From a bacterium (GTDB lineage Bacteria; Patescibacteriota; CG2-30-54-11; JBAXVQ01): 64,000 nt of DNA. The DNA lies in assembly GCA_037128935.1 (NCBI GenBank), contig JBAXVQ010000002.1:10391-74390 (forward strand), read 5' to 3'. This document shows positions 37,860 to 45,839 of the stretch, piece after piece (the first letter of the stretch is position 1; every line of letters begins with the position of its first letter). The notes beneath the pieces are model-generated. The model searched no databases. It had not been told where the DNA came from and saw nothing but the letters and a program-made list of their open reading frames with translations. A program made the translations under genes and the position numbers.

Positions 37860-39458
37860 TCAGTTGAGATAGTAGGTTAGGCTGTAGATATAACTGGGTA
37901 CAAGATTTTTTTCAACGCCATCATTCCAGAGTTCTTTAAAATACCAGCCAGCGATTTCTCTGGTTCCTTTGGTTCCCACGATTTTAACTTTCCAGACTCT
38001 TTCTGAAGGATCCCTAATGAAGTCTAATGCTTGTATGCTACCTGTGTCACTAATGAGGTTTTTAAGAAATGTTTTTCCTGAAGGGTATTCTGTGCTTTGG
38101 ATACTAAGAAGGTTTGTTATTTGCTCATAAGAAAATGGTTCTGTTTTCCATTTCCAGTTTGTCCACGGACCTGGTAAGGCAAATGAGTTGTCATTTACCG
38201 ATTTGATGTAGGGTAGAGCGTCGGTTTCTCCAGAGAAATCACTCCATACTGTTGCATGGTTTGCCGTTCCATGTCCTTGATTATTGTCTGATGAGTAAAA
38301 GGCCTGAATGATTTTTCCGTTGTATCTGATTACCTGTCCTCTGGTTTCATCAGCAGCCCATTTTTTTCTTAATCCGCCTTTGTATACTTGATCTCCTGCA
38401 TCTGTACGAAGAGTTCCTTGTTTTGCAAGCGCGTATGATCTAGCTGCAATAGTTTGTGCTTTTATTGATTCTTCTGGCCAACAATCCCATACAGTAGATG
38501 ATGAGTCAACTACGTATTTATCGGGATTTCTTGCTACCTGGGCGTCAGTTCCGCAGGCTTTGTCAGGTATTTCTCCAAGGCCAGCTACGTACTCTTCTAT
38601 GTCCATAGTTCCAGTTGATGAAATGTTTACCGTTCCTTTTCCATCTGCTGAAATAGTTACTCCAGTGTAGTAAAACTTTACGATTTGTTCAGCAGTGTAT
38701 CCTTTTAATGCTGCTCCATAAGCTCCAAACTGGGACATACCCAGACCATGTCCTTGGTAGAGATCTCTTCCTTGGCCAGAAAAGACCAAATTCCCTGAGG
38801 GGGTGTTGGGGTGTGATGTTGTTGTAGCTGTTGGAATAGGTGTATTAGCTTGTTTTTGTGGGATTACCTTTATTGGTACCCAAATGTGTGCAACACCTGA
38901 TGGATCGCCAGTTCCTGGCCTCCCAAGTGAGTCCAGCTTATAGGCTGGTGCATTTGCATACATCCACGCTTGTTGCCCGCCTTCATCAATTGCTAGTGAT
39001 AAGTCTTCATAATACTCGCCTGGGGGGGTATCAGGAGGAATACTAAAGGTTAGTTCAAGTGAGGCTGTTTGATTCTTTTTTGTGCTTTGTTGAATACAGG
39101 ATGGGCGATGAGCATTAACCCATGTGGTGTTTTTCCAGTAACTAGTTCCAAACCGTGATGCAGATGGTTTGTCAAAGTCGGAAATGGGTGCTGTTTTTCG
39201 TGTCGGGTCTTTATATACGTTGAGACATACACCACTGCTCCAAGTTGCTTCTCCTGTATTTTTGTAGGTTACGTTTAATGTGAACGAACTTCCAGGTGAA
39301 TATGCATTGTTTACAGATGATTGCTTGATCCAAGTTGCTTCATAACTTATTGCTCTGGGTGGGTTTTTACTTGCATCTATTGTGAATGCCCAGGTGGATG
39401 AACTTCCCAAACATAAAAGGAGAGTCATGCTTGAAAGCAAGATGCTTTTATTTCTCAT
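37860..39458 (-). CDS. SpoIID/LytB domain protein with N-terminal NBR1-Ig-like module
   Basis: Signal peptide. GHGLGMSQFGA and AFYSSDNNQGHG motifs of SpoIID. The N-terminal roughly 170 aa resemble the C-terminal module of the 60819-63062 protein. Confidence 0.8.
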   Translation of the reverse strand: MRNKSILLSSMTLLLCLGSSSTWAFTIDASKNPPRAISYEATWIKQSSVNNAYSPGSSFTLNVTYKNTGEATWSSGVCLNVYKDPTRKTAPISDFDKPSASRFGTSYWKNTTWVNAHRPSCIQQSTKKNQTASLELTFSIPPDTPPGEYYEDLSLAIDEGGQQAWMYANAPAYKLDSLGRPGTGDPSGVAHIWVPIKVIPQKQANTPIPTATTTSHPNTPSGNLVFSGQGRDLYQGHGLGMSQFGAYGAALKGYTAEQIVKFYYTGVTISADGKGTVNISSTGTMDIEEYVAGLGEIPDKACGTDAQVARNPDKYVVDSSSTVWDCWPEESIKAQTIAARSYALAKQGTLRTDAGDQVYKGGLRKKWAADETRGQVIRYNGKIIQAFYSSDNNQGHGTANHATVWSDFSGETDALPYIKSVNDNSFALPGPWTNWKWKTEPFSYEQITNLLSIQSTEYPSGKTFLKNLISDTGSIQALDFIRDPSERVWKVKIVGTKGTREIAGWYFKELWNDGVEKNLVPSYIYSLTYYLN

Positions 39459-39738
39459 AATTTTATTTCTCCTTTTAAGTGTAGCTACCAGTCTCTGTAA
39501 AATATGTACAAGAAAACATTTATGACGATTTGTACTTTTTTTGTTATGTATTACTTTTTTAAATCACCTAATGTTATCAGTCTTCACGCCTTTTGTCAAG
39601 CTCATTACCCCTCTTTTGAATTGCATTATTTGTTATGTTTGTGCAATTTTTTAGTTTTGGTGGTATTCTTGCTTTCGGGCAATTTTTTCTTGTATTTTGG
39701 TGGTTTGGCTTTTGATTAGGTATTAGCCTCATTCTGCA

Positions 39739-41694
39739 TTGAACAACCGGCGGGATATGGGTAAGCTAGAGTCAACTCTTGTTAACAAGGAACCACCAAT
39801 GGGGCAATATGACAGCATCATCTCCACCTACCTCTCCAACCTCCAACGAGAATACGCCACCGGACAAGCTCGTGAGCATTCTTACCGCCCTGCTCTCAAA
39901 GCCTTGATCGAAGGGCTTGCCCCGCAGGTGATGGCACAGAACGAACCCGCACGGGTGCAGTGTGGTGCCCCTGATTTTATCGTCACTCGGAAAGGCATCC
40001 CACTTGGCTACATCGAGGCAAAAGATATTGGCTCCAGTGATCTCAAAGGAACGAGTAAAGCAGGAAACAAAGAACAGTTTGACCGTTACAAAGCCTCGTT
40101 GAGTAACATCATTTTCACCGACTACCTCGACTTCCACCTCTACCATGACGGGGAACTGATCACCACTATTGCTCTTGCCGAGCTGACGGACAAAGGCTTG
40201 CAACCACTTCCCGAACACTTTTCGCTGTTCGAGAACTTGATCAAAGACTTTTGCACACACAGTGGGCAAACTATTCGGAGTTCAAAAAAACTTGCAGAAA
40301 TGATGGCGGGGAAAGCTCGGTTGCTTTCTGACGTGTTGGAGAAAGCACTCACCAGCGATGAGTCCTGCAACGAGGACAGCACCCTCAAAGACCAGATGAA
40401 TGCATTTAAGCAGATTCTTATTCACGACATCACGCCAAAAGCCTTTGCTGACGTGTACGCACAGACGATTGCCTATGGTATGTTTGCCGCTCGGTTGCAT
40501 GACCCTACGTTGGCAACCTTTAGCAGGCAGGAAGCCGCTGAACTCATCCCGAAATCTAATCCTTTTCTTCGTAAACTCTTTGGCTATATCGCTGGACCGG
40601 ATATTGACGACCGTATACTTTGGATCGTTGACGATCTTGTGGATATTTTCCTCGCTTGCAACGTTGAAGAACTGCTCAAAGACTACGGCAAAGCTACAAA
40701 GATGGAAGATCCCATCATTCATTTCTACGAAACATTCTTGAGCGAATACGACCCCGCACTCCGCAGAGCCCGTGGTGTTTGGTATACCCCGCAGCCTGTT
40801 GTCAGCTTTATCGTGCGAGCCGTTGACGATATTCTCAAAACCGAGTTTGGGTTACCGATGGGGCTGGCGGATAGCAGCAAGATTTCCATCACCTTACCAG
40901 GGCAAGGGAAAAAGGGCACAACAACGCGGGAAGTCCACAAAGTCCAAATCCTCGACCCCGCCACCGGAACAGGAACGTTCTTGGCAGAAGTGGTCAAACA
41001 TGTTCACAAACGGTTCGAAGGGCAGCAGGGGATATGGAGTACCTACGCAGAAAACAACCTTTTACCCCGTCTCAACGGCTTTGAGCTCCTCATGGCGAGC
41101 TACGCCATGGCACACCTCAAACTCGACCTCCTACTCACAGAAACAGGCTACAAACCGACAAAAGACCAGCGTTTCCGTGTCTATCTCACGAATAGTCTCG
41201 AAGAACACCATCCCGATACAGGAACGCTTTTTGCTAGCTGGCTGAGTACCGAGGCGAATGAGGCGAACCATATCAAGCGGGATGCTCCGGTGATGGTGGT
41301 GATGGGGAATCCGCCGTATAGTGTGAGTTCTTCAAATTCCGGTGACTGGATTACTCACTTGATGAAAGACTACAAAAAAGACCTAAATGAGCGAAACATT
41401 CAGCCATTGTCTGATGATTACATCAAATTTATCCGCTTTGGACAGCATTTTATTCAGAAAAACGGTGAGGGGATTTTGGCATATATTTCCAACAACAGCT
41501 TTATCGATGGGATTATTCACCGCCAGATGAGGAAAGATCTCATGGAAACATTTGATAAAGTCTACATCTTCGACCTCCACGGCAATGCCAAAAAGAAAGA
41601 AACCGCTCCAGATGGGAGCAAGGATGAGAATGTGTTTGATATTCAGCAGGGTGTGAGTATCAATATTTTTGTAAAAAAGAAACCTTCCAGTTAG
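39739..41694 (+). CDS. N-terminal part of a fused Type IIG/IIL-like restriction-modification enzyme (PD-ExK nuclease + gamma N6-adenine methyltransferase), truncated by a stop
   Basis: EHSYRPALK...GAPDFIV...GYIEAKDIG (PD..EAK) is encoded at 39970-40023. Other motifs are HFYETFL..YDP..R...GVWYTPQPVV, motif I ILDPATGTGTFL (40954-40974) and motif IV NPPY (41308-41319). The probable true start is MGQYD at 39799. Codons are visibly C-ending, unlike the neighbouring genes. Confidence 0.75.
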   Translation: MNNRRDMGKLESTLVNKEPPMGQYDSIISTYLSNLQREYATGQAREHSYRPALKALIEGLAPQVMAQNEPARVQCGAPDFIVTRKGIPLGYIEAKDIGSSDLKGTSKAGNKEQFDRYKASLSNIIFTDYLDFHLYHDGELITTIALAELTDKGLQPLPEHFSLFENLIKDFCTHSGQTIRSSKKLAEMMAGKARLLSDVLEKALTSDESCNEDSTLKDQMNAFKQILIHDITPKAFADVYAQTIAYGMFAARLHDPTLATFSRQEAAELIPKSNPFLRKLFGYIAGPDIDDRILWIVDDLVDIFLACNVEELLKDYGKATKMEDPIIHFYETFLSEYDPALRRARGVWYTPQPVVSFIVRAVDDILKTEFGLPMGLADSSKISITLPGQGKKGTTTREVHKVQILDPATGTGTFLAEVVKHVHKRFEGQQGIWSTYAENNLLPRLNGFELLMASYAMAHLKLDLLLTETGYKPTKDQRFRVYLTNSLEEHHPDTGTLFASWLSTEANEANHIKRDAPVMVVMGNPPYSVSSSNSGDWITHLMKDYKKDLNERNIQPLSDDYIKFIRFGQHFIQKNGEGILAYISNNSFIDGIIHRQMRKDLMETFDKVYIFDLHGNAKKKETAPDGSKDENVFDIQQGVSINIFVKKKPSS

Positions 41695-41707
41695 GAGAAA
41701 ACGAAAC

Positions 41708-41935
41708 ATGACCAATACAAAAGAACGATCTTCCCAAGGAATTTTTGAGAGTATCAGAAAGTACGATGAACAGAGGAACGAGTACTGGAATGCTCGTGAT
41801 TTAGCCAAAATACTAGAATACGATGATTATCGCAATTTCAAGAAAGTCATTGTTAAGGCTGTTGAATCCTGCAAAAACAGCGGTATAAAGCCACAAAACC
41901 ATTTCGTTGACTTCAACGAAATGGTTTCTAGTTGA
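41708..41935 (+). pseudogene. dinD: 5' fragment of a dinD-like (DNA-damage-inducible protein D / BRO-N-like) gene
   Basis: The 75-aa ORF ...YWNARDLAKILEYDDYRNFKKVIVKAVESCKNSGIKPQNHFVDFNEMVS parallels the remembered first third of E. coli DinD (about 270 aa) and stops abruptly. It has its own GGAG RBS. Confidence 0.55.
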
Positions 41936-41950
41936 AAAAAGGGACAACCA

Positions 41951-43891
41951 ATGAGTAATAATGACAAACGCAAAAAACCGCTCGCACAGGTCTTTCATAG
42001 TGAAATCTATGGGTTACGGGAAGAGAAGTATGCTTTTCTGGATGGTAATTCATTGGGTACTATTCCTTGGAGTAAGCTGGAGGTGAGTGCGCCGAATTAT
42101 TTCTTTGTGAAGAAGGATTTTGCAGGGAGTGGGGTGTATGAGTCGGGGGTTAAGATTGATGAGATATTTCCTTTGAATTCAAGTGGTGTAAAAACACATC
42201 GTGATGATTTTGTTATTGACTTCGATAAAACAGTTCTGCAACAGCGAATTGCACGGTTCTATAGCAAAGAAATGATGGTGGCGGAGGCTGCGGAAAAGTA
42301 TGGTTTAAAAGATAATCGTGATTGGCAGATAGAAAAAGCAAAAAGGCTTGGTGTTTTTGATGAACACAAAGTGAGCAAAATACTATATCGTCCTTTTGAC
42401 GAACGTTGGATTTATTATGATAGTAATGTTATTGATTTTGATCGAAGAAAAGTGATGAGTAATATTACTATCACTAAAGAAAATTTAGGATTAGTGACGT
42501 GTAGACAGCAAAGTTCTTTTGATTTTCAGCATGTACTTATAAGCAGAAATCTAGTTGATATGTGTACTGTTTCATCACAAACCAAAGAAACTGGTTATGT
42601 TTTCCCCCTCTACCTCTACCCCGAACCCACCACTCAGCGGAACGGGGAAATCCCCCTAGCCCCCTTTGAGAAAGGGGGGACTGGAGCGGATCAAAGTCCC
42701 CTTTATCAAAGGGGATTTAGGGGATTGCATGATGAAAATGAACATCCTCATAGAACCCCCAACCTCAACATGGCCATCGTCAAAGAGATTGAAGAAAAGC
42801 TAGGATTGCGGTTTGTGGCGGAGAAAGGGGAAATCCCCCTTGCCCCCTTTGAGAAAGGGGGGACTGGAATGGAGACTGCTCAAAGTTCCCTTTCACAAAG
42901 GGGATTTAGGGGATTAAAGATTAATCCTGAAATAGTAAACATCCCATTCAATCCCAAACTTAAAGAGCGAGCAACACAGTTGAGAAATAATGCAACACCT
43001 GCAGAAAAAAAACTTTGGGATGAAGTCCTTTCGCAGGATCGTTTTGAAGGGCTGCGATTTCTCAGACAAAAACCGATTGATAATTTCATAGTTGATTTTT
43101 ACTGTTCAAAACTACTACTTGTTATCGAGCTTGATGGTGAATCACATGATGAGACACAAGAATATGATGAAGATCGAACAGCTAAACTGGCTGAGTTTGG
43201 GATACGTGTGATCCGTTACGCCAATGATGAAGTACTGAAGAATATTGACGGGGTGTATGAGGATTTGTTGAAGAAAGTGGAGGAGAGAGGGAAGGAACTG
43301 GAAGAAATCCCCCTAGCCCCCTTTGAGAAAGGGGGGACTGGAGTTCCAGCTGCCGAAGGCAGTAATCAAAGTCCCCTTTCTCAAAGGGGATTTAGGGGAT
43401 TTCCCCCTGCATTTTCCCCCATCGACCTTCTCGACTACATCTACGCCGTCCTCCACAGCCCCACCTACCGAGAAACCTACAAAGAATTCCTCAAAATCGA
43501 CTTCCCCCGCGTTCCATACCCCACCAACCCCGATACTTTCTGGCAGCTCGTCACCCTCGGTGGCGAACTCCGCCAAATCCACCTCCTCGAATGCCCCACT
43601 GTCGAGAACTACATCACCCAATACCCCATCGACGGTGACAACACTGTCACCAAAACCGAATACAAAGACGGCAACGTCTACATCAACCCCACCCAATACT
43701 TCGCCAACGTCCCCGAGACCGCTTGGAACTTCTACATCGGAGGCTACCAACCCGCCCAAAAATGGCTCAAAGACCGCAAAACCCGAACACTCCAGTTTGA
43801 AGATATCCTCCACTACCAGAAAATCATCGTGGCACTCACAGAAACGGCGAGGATTATGGGGGAGATTGATGCGGTGGGAGTGGAAGAATAG
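41951..43891 (+). CDS. C-terminal part of the restriction-modification enzyme (Type ISP C-terminal-domain-like), carrying three element insertions and a DUF559 module
   Basis: AQVFHSEIYGLREEKY, YRPFDERWIYY, LYLYPE, PNLN..IVKEIEEKLGL, DLLDYIYAVLHSPTYRETYKEFLKIDFPRVP and FYIGGYQPAQKWLKDRK blocks match the remembered PF18135-type domain. Confidence 0.75.
   Translation: MSNNDKRKKPLAQVFHSEIYGLREEKYAFLDGNSLGTIPWSKLEVSAPNYFFVKKDFAGSGVYESGVKIDEIFPLNSSGVKTHRDDFVIDFDKTVLQQRIARFYSKEMMVAEAAEKYGLKDNRDWQIEKAKRLGVFDEHKVSKILYRPFDERWIYYDSNVIDFDRRKVMSNITITKENLGLVTCRQQSSFDFQHVLISRNLVDMCTVSSQTKETGYVFPLYLYPEPTTQRNGEIPLAPFEKGGTGADQSPLYQRGFRGLHDENEHPHRTPNLNMAIVKEIEEKLGLRFVAEKGEIPLAPFEKGGTGMETAQSSLSQRGFRGLKINPEIVNIPFNPKLKERATQLRNNATPAEKKLWDEVLSQDRFEGLRFLRQKPIDNFIVDFYCSKLLLVIELDGESHDETQEYDEDRTAKLAEFGIRVIRYANDEVLKNIDGVYEDLLKKVEERGKELEEIPLAPFEKGGTGVPAAEGSNQSPLSQRGFRGFPPAFSPIDLLDYIYAVLHSPTYRETYKEFLKIDFPRVPYPTNPDTFWQLVTLGGELRQIHLLECPTVENYITQYPIDGDNTVTKTEYKDGNVYINPTQYFANVPETAWNFYIGGYQPAQKWLKDRKTRTLQFEDILHYQKIIVALTETARIMGEIDAVGVEE
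42644..42726 (+). repeat. GC-rich quasi-palindromic element, copy 1 (83 bp)
   Basis: GGGGAAATCCCCCTAGCCCCCTTTGAGAAAGGGGGGACTGGA-GCGGAT-CAAAGTCCCCTTTATCAAAGGGGATTTAGGGGATT; translated as GEIPLAPFEKGGTGADQSPLYQRGFRGL. Confidence 0.85.
42827..42915 (+). repeat. GC-rich quasi-palindromic element, copy 2 (89 bp)
   Basis: Same arms as copy 1 with the central spacer ATGGAGACTGCT; translated as GEIPLAPFEKGGTGMETAQSSLSQRGFRGL. Confidence 0.85.
42916..43300 (+). mobile_element. DUF559 (Vsr-like PD-(D/E)xK endonuclease) module bracketed by element copies 2 and 3, in frame with the host ORF
   Basis: NPKLKERATQLRNNATPAEKKLWDEVL...LRFLRQKPIDNFIVDFYCSKLLLVIELDGESH...RTAKLAEFGIRVIRYANDEV is the canonical DUF559 pattern. 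The segment is AT-rich, between GC-rich flanks. Confidence 0.6.
43301..43407 (+). repeat. GC-rich quasi-palindromic element, copy 3 (about 105 bp)
   Basis: GAAGAAATCCCCCTAGCCCCCTTTGAGAAAGGGGGGACTGGA-GTTCCAGCTGCCGAAGGCAGTAAT-CAAAGTCCCCTTTCTCAAAGGGGATTTAGGGGATTTCCCCC. The right end is the reverse complement of the left end. Confidence 0.85.
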
Positions 43892-43992
43892 TAGCTTTGA
43901 GCTTTATTTTCCTCGTTGCAATAAATGATGAACAAGGCTGGATTGAAATCCGTAGAAAGTTTCGTTATAGCAGTGAAAACACTTGATTTGAA

Positions 43993-44068
43993 TGGTGCGC
44001 CAGGCAGGAATTGAACCTGCGACCCACGGTTTAGAAAACCGTTGCTCTATCCTCTGAGCTACTGGCGC
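43993..44068 (-). tRNA. tRNA-Arg (anticodon TCT), CCA encoded
   Basis: The reverse complement GCGCCAGTAGCTCAGAGGATAGAGCAACGGTTTTCTAAACCGTGGGTCGCAGGTTCAATTCCTGCCTGGCGCACCA folds as a cloverleaf. The anticodon stem is ACGGT/ACCGT with loop TTTCTAA. Confidence 0.9.
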
Positions 44069-44076
44069 ATAAAGTG

Positions 44077-44460
44077 TTATTTACTACGTAGAGGATCTTT
44101 TCCCCGGATATCTTCACCTGTTAATGTTGCTTCATTATTCTCGTATATATAGTACCAGAGATGACGATCTGGGCATCCTGTGATATTGCAATTATCTCCT
44201 AACCAAAAGGTTAAATATAATTTTCCATTGGTTAATTTATACTCTATGTCCGAGGAACATCCTGCAAACTGTGTACAAGGTTGAACGTTGGCAAGAGCAG
44301 GATTTTCTTCTTTTATAAGGTCAATTGCTTGTTGTGTCTGGGCATCGATATTTTTTGAGATTATGTCGATTTTGTTATTTCCTCTGCATGAAGTCAGCAA
44401 GGTTAAAGAAATAATACTTAAGACTAATACGGTTATGCGCAAAGACATTCGTTGTTCCAC
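44077..44460 (-). CDS. hypothetical lipoprotein
   Basis: Signal peptide with lipobox LLTSC; 127 aa; Cys-containing mature part. Confidence 0.55.
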   Translation of the reverse strand: MEQRMSLRITVLVLSIISLTLLTSCRGNNKIDIISKNIDAQTQQAIDLIKEENPALANVQPCTQFAGCSSDIEYKLTNGKLYLTFWLGDNCNITGCPDRHLWYYIYENNEATLTGEDIRGKDPLRSK

Positions 44461-44591
44461 AAGTTTTTTTACAATGTTAATGGTACTAAGTTTTCTTGAA
44501 ATGTAAAAGTATAGGTTTTTTGTCGTAATGTTCTATTTGCTAATTGGTTTGTTATTTTCTTATACTGATGATGGTAGAAACGCTTAATTTT

Positions 44592-45839
44592 ATGTTCAAA
44601 AAAGAACTAAGACTTCCTCTTGTGATTATTGGTACGGTACTTATTATCCTTATAATGTTACTTGTCTTTTTTGTTGTGCTTGATCAGTATCAGAAAAATC
44701 AGCCTCAGACTCAATTTGTGCATAAAACTATCACCATGCCTTTTGATACGGAAACTGTTGAGGATTGGGAGAATTTTTCGAATATGCCTCCCCAGATTGT
44801 TCAGCCGGGAATTGAGGGCATTGTTCAAGAAAGCTGGAAAGTGGTTACTGATGCAAATGGTAGAACTATTTCAGAGGAAAAGATTGATAGTGAATCAAAA
44901 GTGACTGTTGAGGTAAAAAATAAAATTATTAAAAAGGGAATGCTTAATTATGAAGATGTTTTTAGGCAGGTTCGACAAGAAGGTCAGAAGTCGATGGATT
45001 ATTGGAAAGCAAAAGATTATGAAAGTTTATATGGAACTCTTGCTGCTGACGACAAATCTTTGTTACAAACCGCAGATATAAAAAATATTATCGATAAAAC
45101 AGAATTCAAATTGGATTCCTTTGTTTTTACTGGAAGTGCAACGTTTAAATATGAAGATGTCAAAAAAGATGTTAATTCGAATACGTTGACACCTACTGTT
45201 GCCACTAGTCCTCGCTTGATTGCTTCTCTTCCGATTGAATATACATTCACTTCAAAGATCACTGGGGGGCAGAAAGTTGTTGCCACACTTGATTTAATTC
45301 ACGAAGATAAGAATGTTTGGAAAAATTTCTATCTAGGTCCTACGAAATATGTCTCTCTTTCTTCGAAACAAACAGGGAATGATGGTAGCAAAACTATTGC
45401 TTACCCTCTTTCCTTTGAGGTTGAGCTGACAGGCGTCTATGTGTTTTCTCATCCTAATTTTATGTTTTTCAGCTATTCTACAGCCAACACTACCAAACCA
45501 AGCAAAGAACTTGATTTGGTTCTTGATGAAAAAACGAAGCAACTTGCAACTACTACTGTTACTGTAGATAAGAAATCTCAAAAAAAGTTAACAGCAGACC
45601 TTGAGATTGTACAAGCAATTGTTAAAGATGATGCGCAGACTGCTTATCAATTGGTCGGTAGAACGATTACAGATAAACCTTGGGTAACTGTTCCTCCAGG
45701 TGAAAAGGCTTTTGGGTGGTTGAAGGTTGTTCCTGCCCCCTCTCGAGATATGTCCTCGATAATTTTTTCTGTGCAATGTTCAATGGCAGGTTTATATACT
45801 ACTGATGTCACTTTTGGAACTATAGATTTGTTGAAATGA
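44592..45839 (+). CDS. membrane-anchored G5 domain protein
   Basis: N-terminal TM segment, then TITMPFDTETVED...IVQPGIEGIVQESWKVVTDANGRTISEEKI...VTVEVKNKIIKKG, which matches the G5 domain pattern. The track start of 44544 is less likely. Confidence 0.6.
   Translation: MFKKELRLPLVIIGTVLIILIMLLVFFVVLDQYQKNQPQTQFVHKTITMPFDTETVEDWENFSNMPPQIVQPGIEGIVQESWKVVTDANGRTISEEKIDSESKVTVEVKNKIIKKGMLNYEDVFRQVRQEGQKSMDYWKAKDYESLYGTLAADDKSLLQTADIKNIIDKTEFKLDSFVFTGSATFKYEDVKKDVNSNTLTPTVATSPRLIASLPIEYTFTSKITGGQKVVATLDLIHEDKNVWKNFYLGPTKYVSLSSKQTGNDGSKTIAYPLSFEVELTGVYVFSHPNFMFFSYSTANTTKPSKELDLVLDEKTKQLATTTVTVDKKSQKKLTADLEIVQAIVKDDAQTAYQLVGRTITDKPWVTVPPGEKAFGWLKVVPAPSRDMSSIIFSVQCSMAGLYTTDVTFGTIDLLK

Noticed and set aside
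39459-39740. Search for an att-type direct repeat of the tRNA-Arg 3' end at the left border of the island
   Set aside because: Only weak resemblance was found (TTTTGGTGGT occurs twice, versus TGGTGCGCCAGG of the tRNA). There is no convincing duplicated tRNA segment and no integrase, so an integrase-mediated origin cannot be claimed.
39772-40722. Long antisense ORFs (39772-40269, 40140-40388, 40282-40722 on the minus strand; 40400-40741 and 40772-41245 in other plus-strand frames) within the RM gene
   Set aside because: They overlap a well-supported methyltransferase ORF and have low-complexity, motif-free translations. Stop-poor alternative frames are expected in this locally GC-richer segment.
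41933-41935. In-frame TGA between the dinD fragment and the distal RM half as a hint of UGA recoding (code 25 or 4)
   Set aside because: All housekeeping genes in the window give full-length products under the standard code with TGA used as a stop. A single in-frame TGA at a recombination scar is not evidence of recoding.
42644-43407. Three similar GC-rich repeats might be read as a mini CRISPR array
   Set aside because: The gaps between copies are irregular (about 100 bp and about 385 bp). The copies differ in length and have a variable centre. They lie inside a continuous ORF, and no cas genes or leader are present.
43313-43928. 166-aa minus-strand ORF and 201-aa plus-strand ORF overlapping the 3' end of the RM gene
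   Set aside because: The translations are Pro/Ser/Thr/Gly low-complexity strings. They arise because the C-ending codon bias removes stops in other frames. The annotated frame carries the conserved domain blocks.
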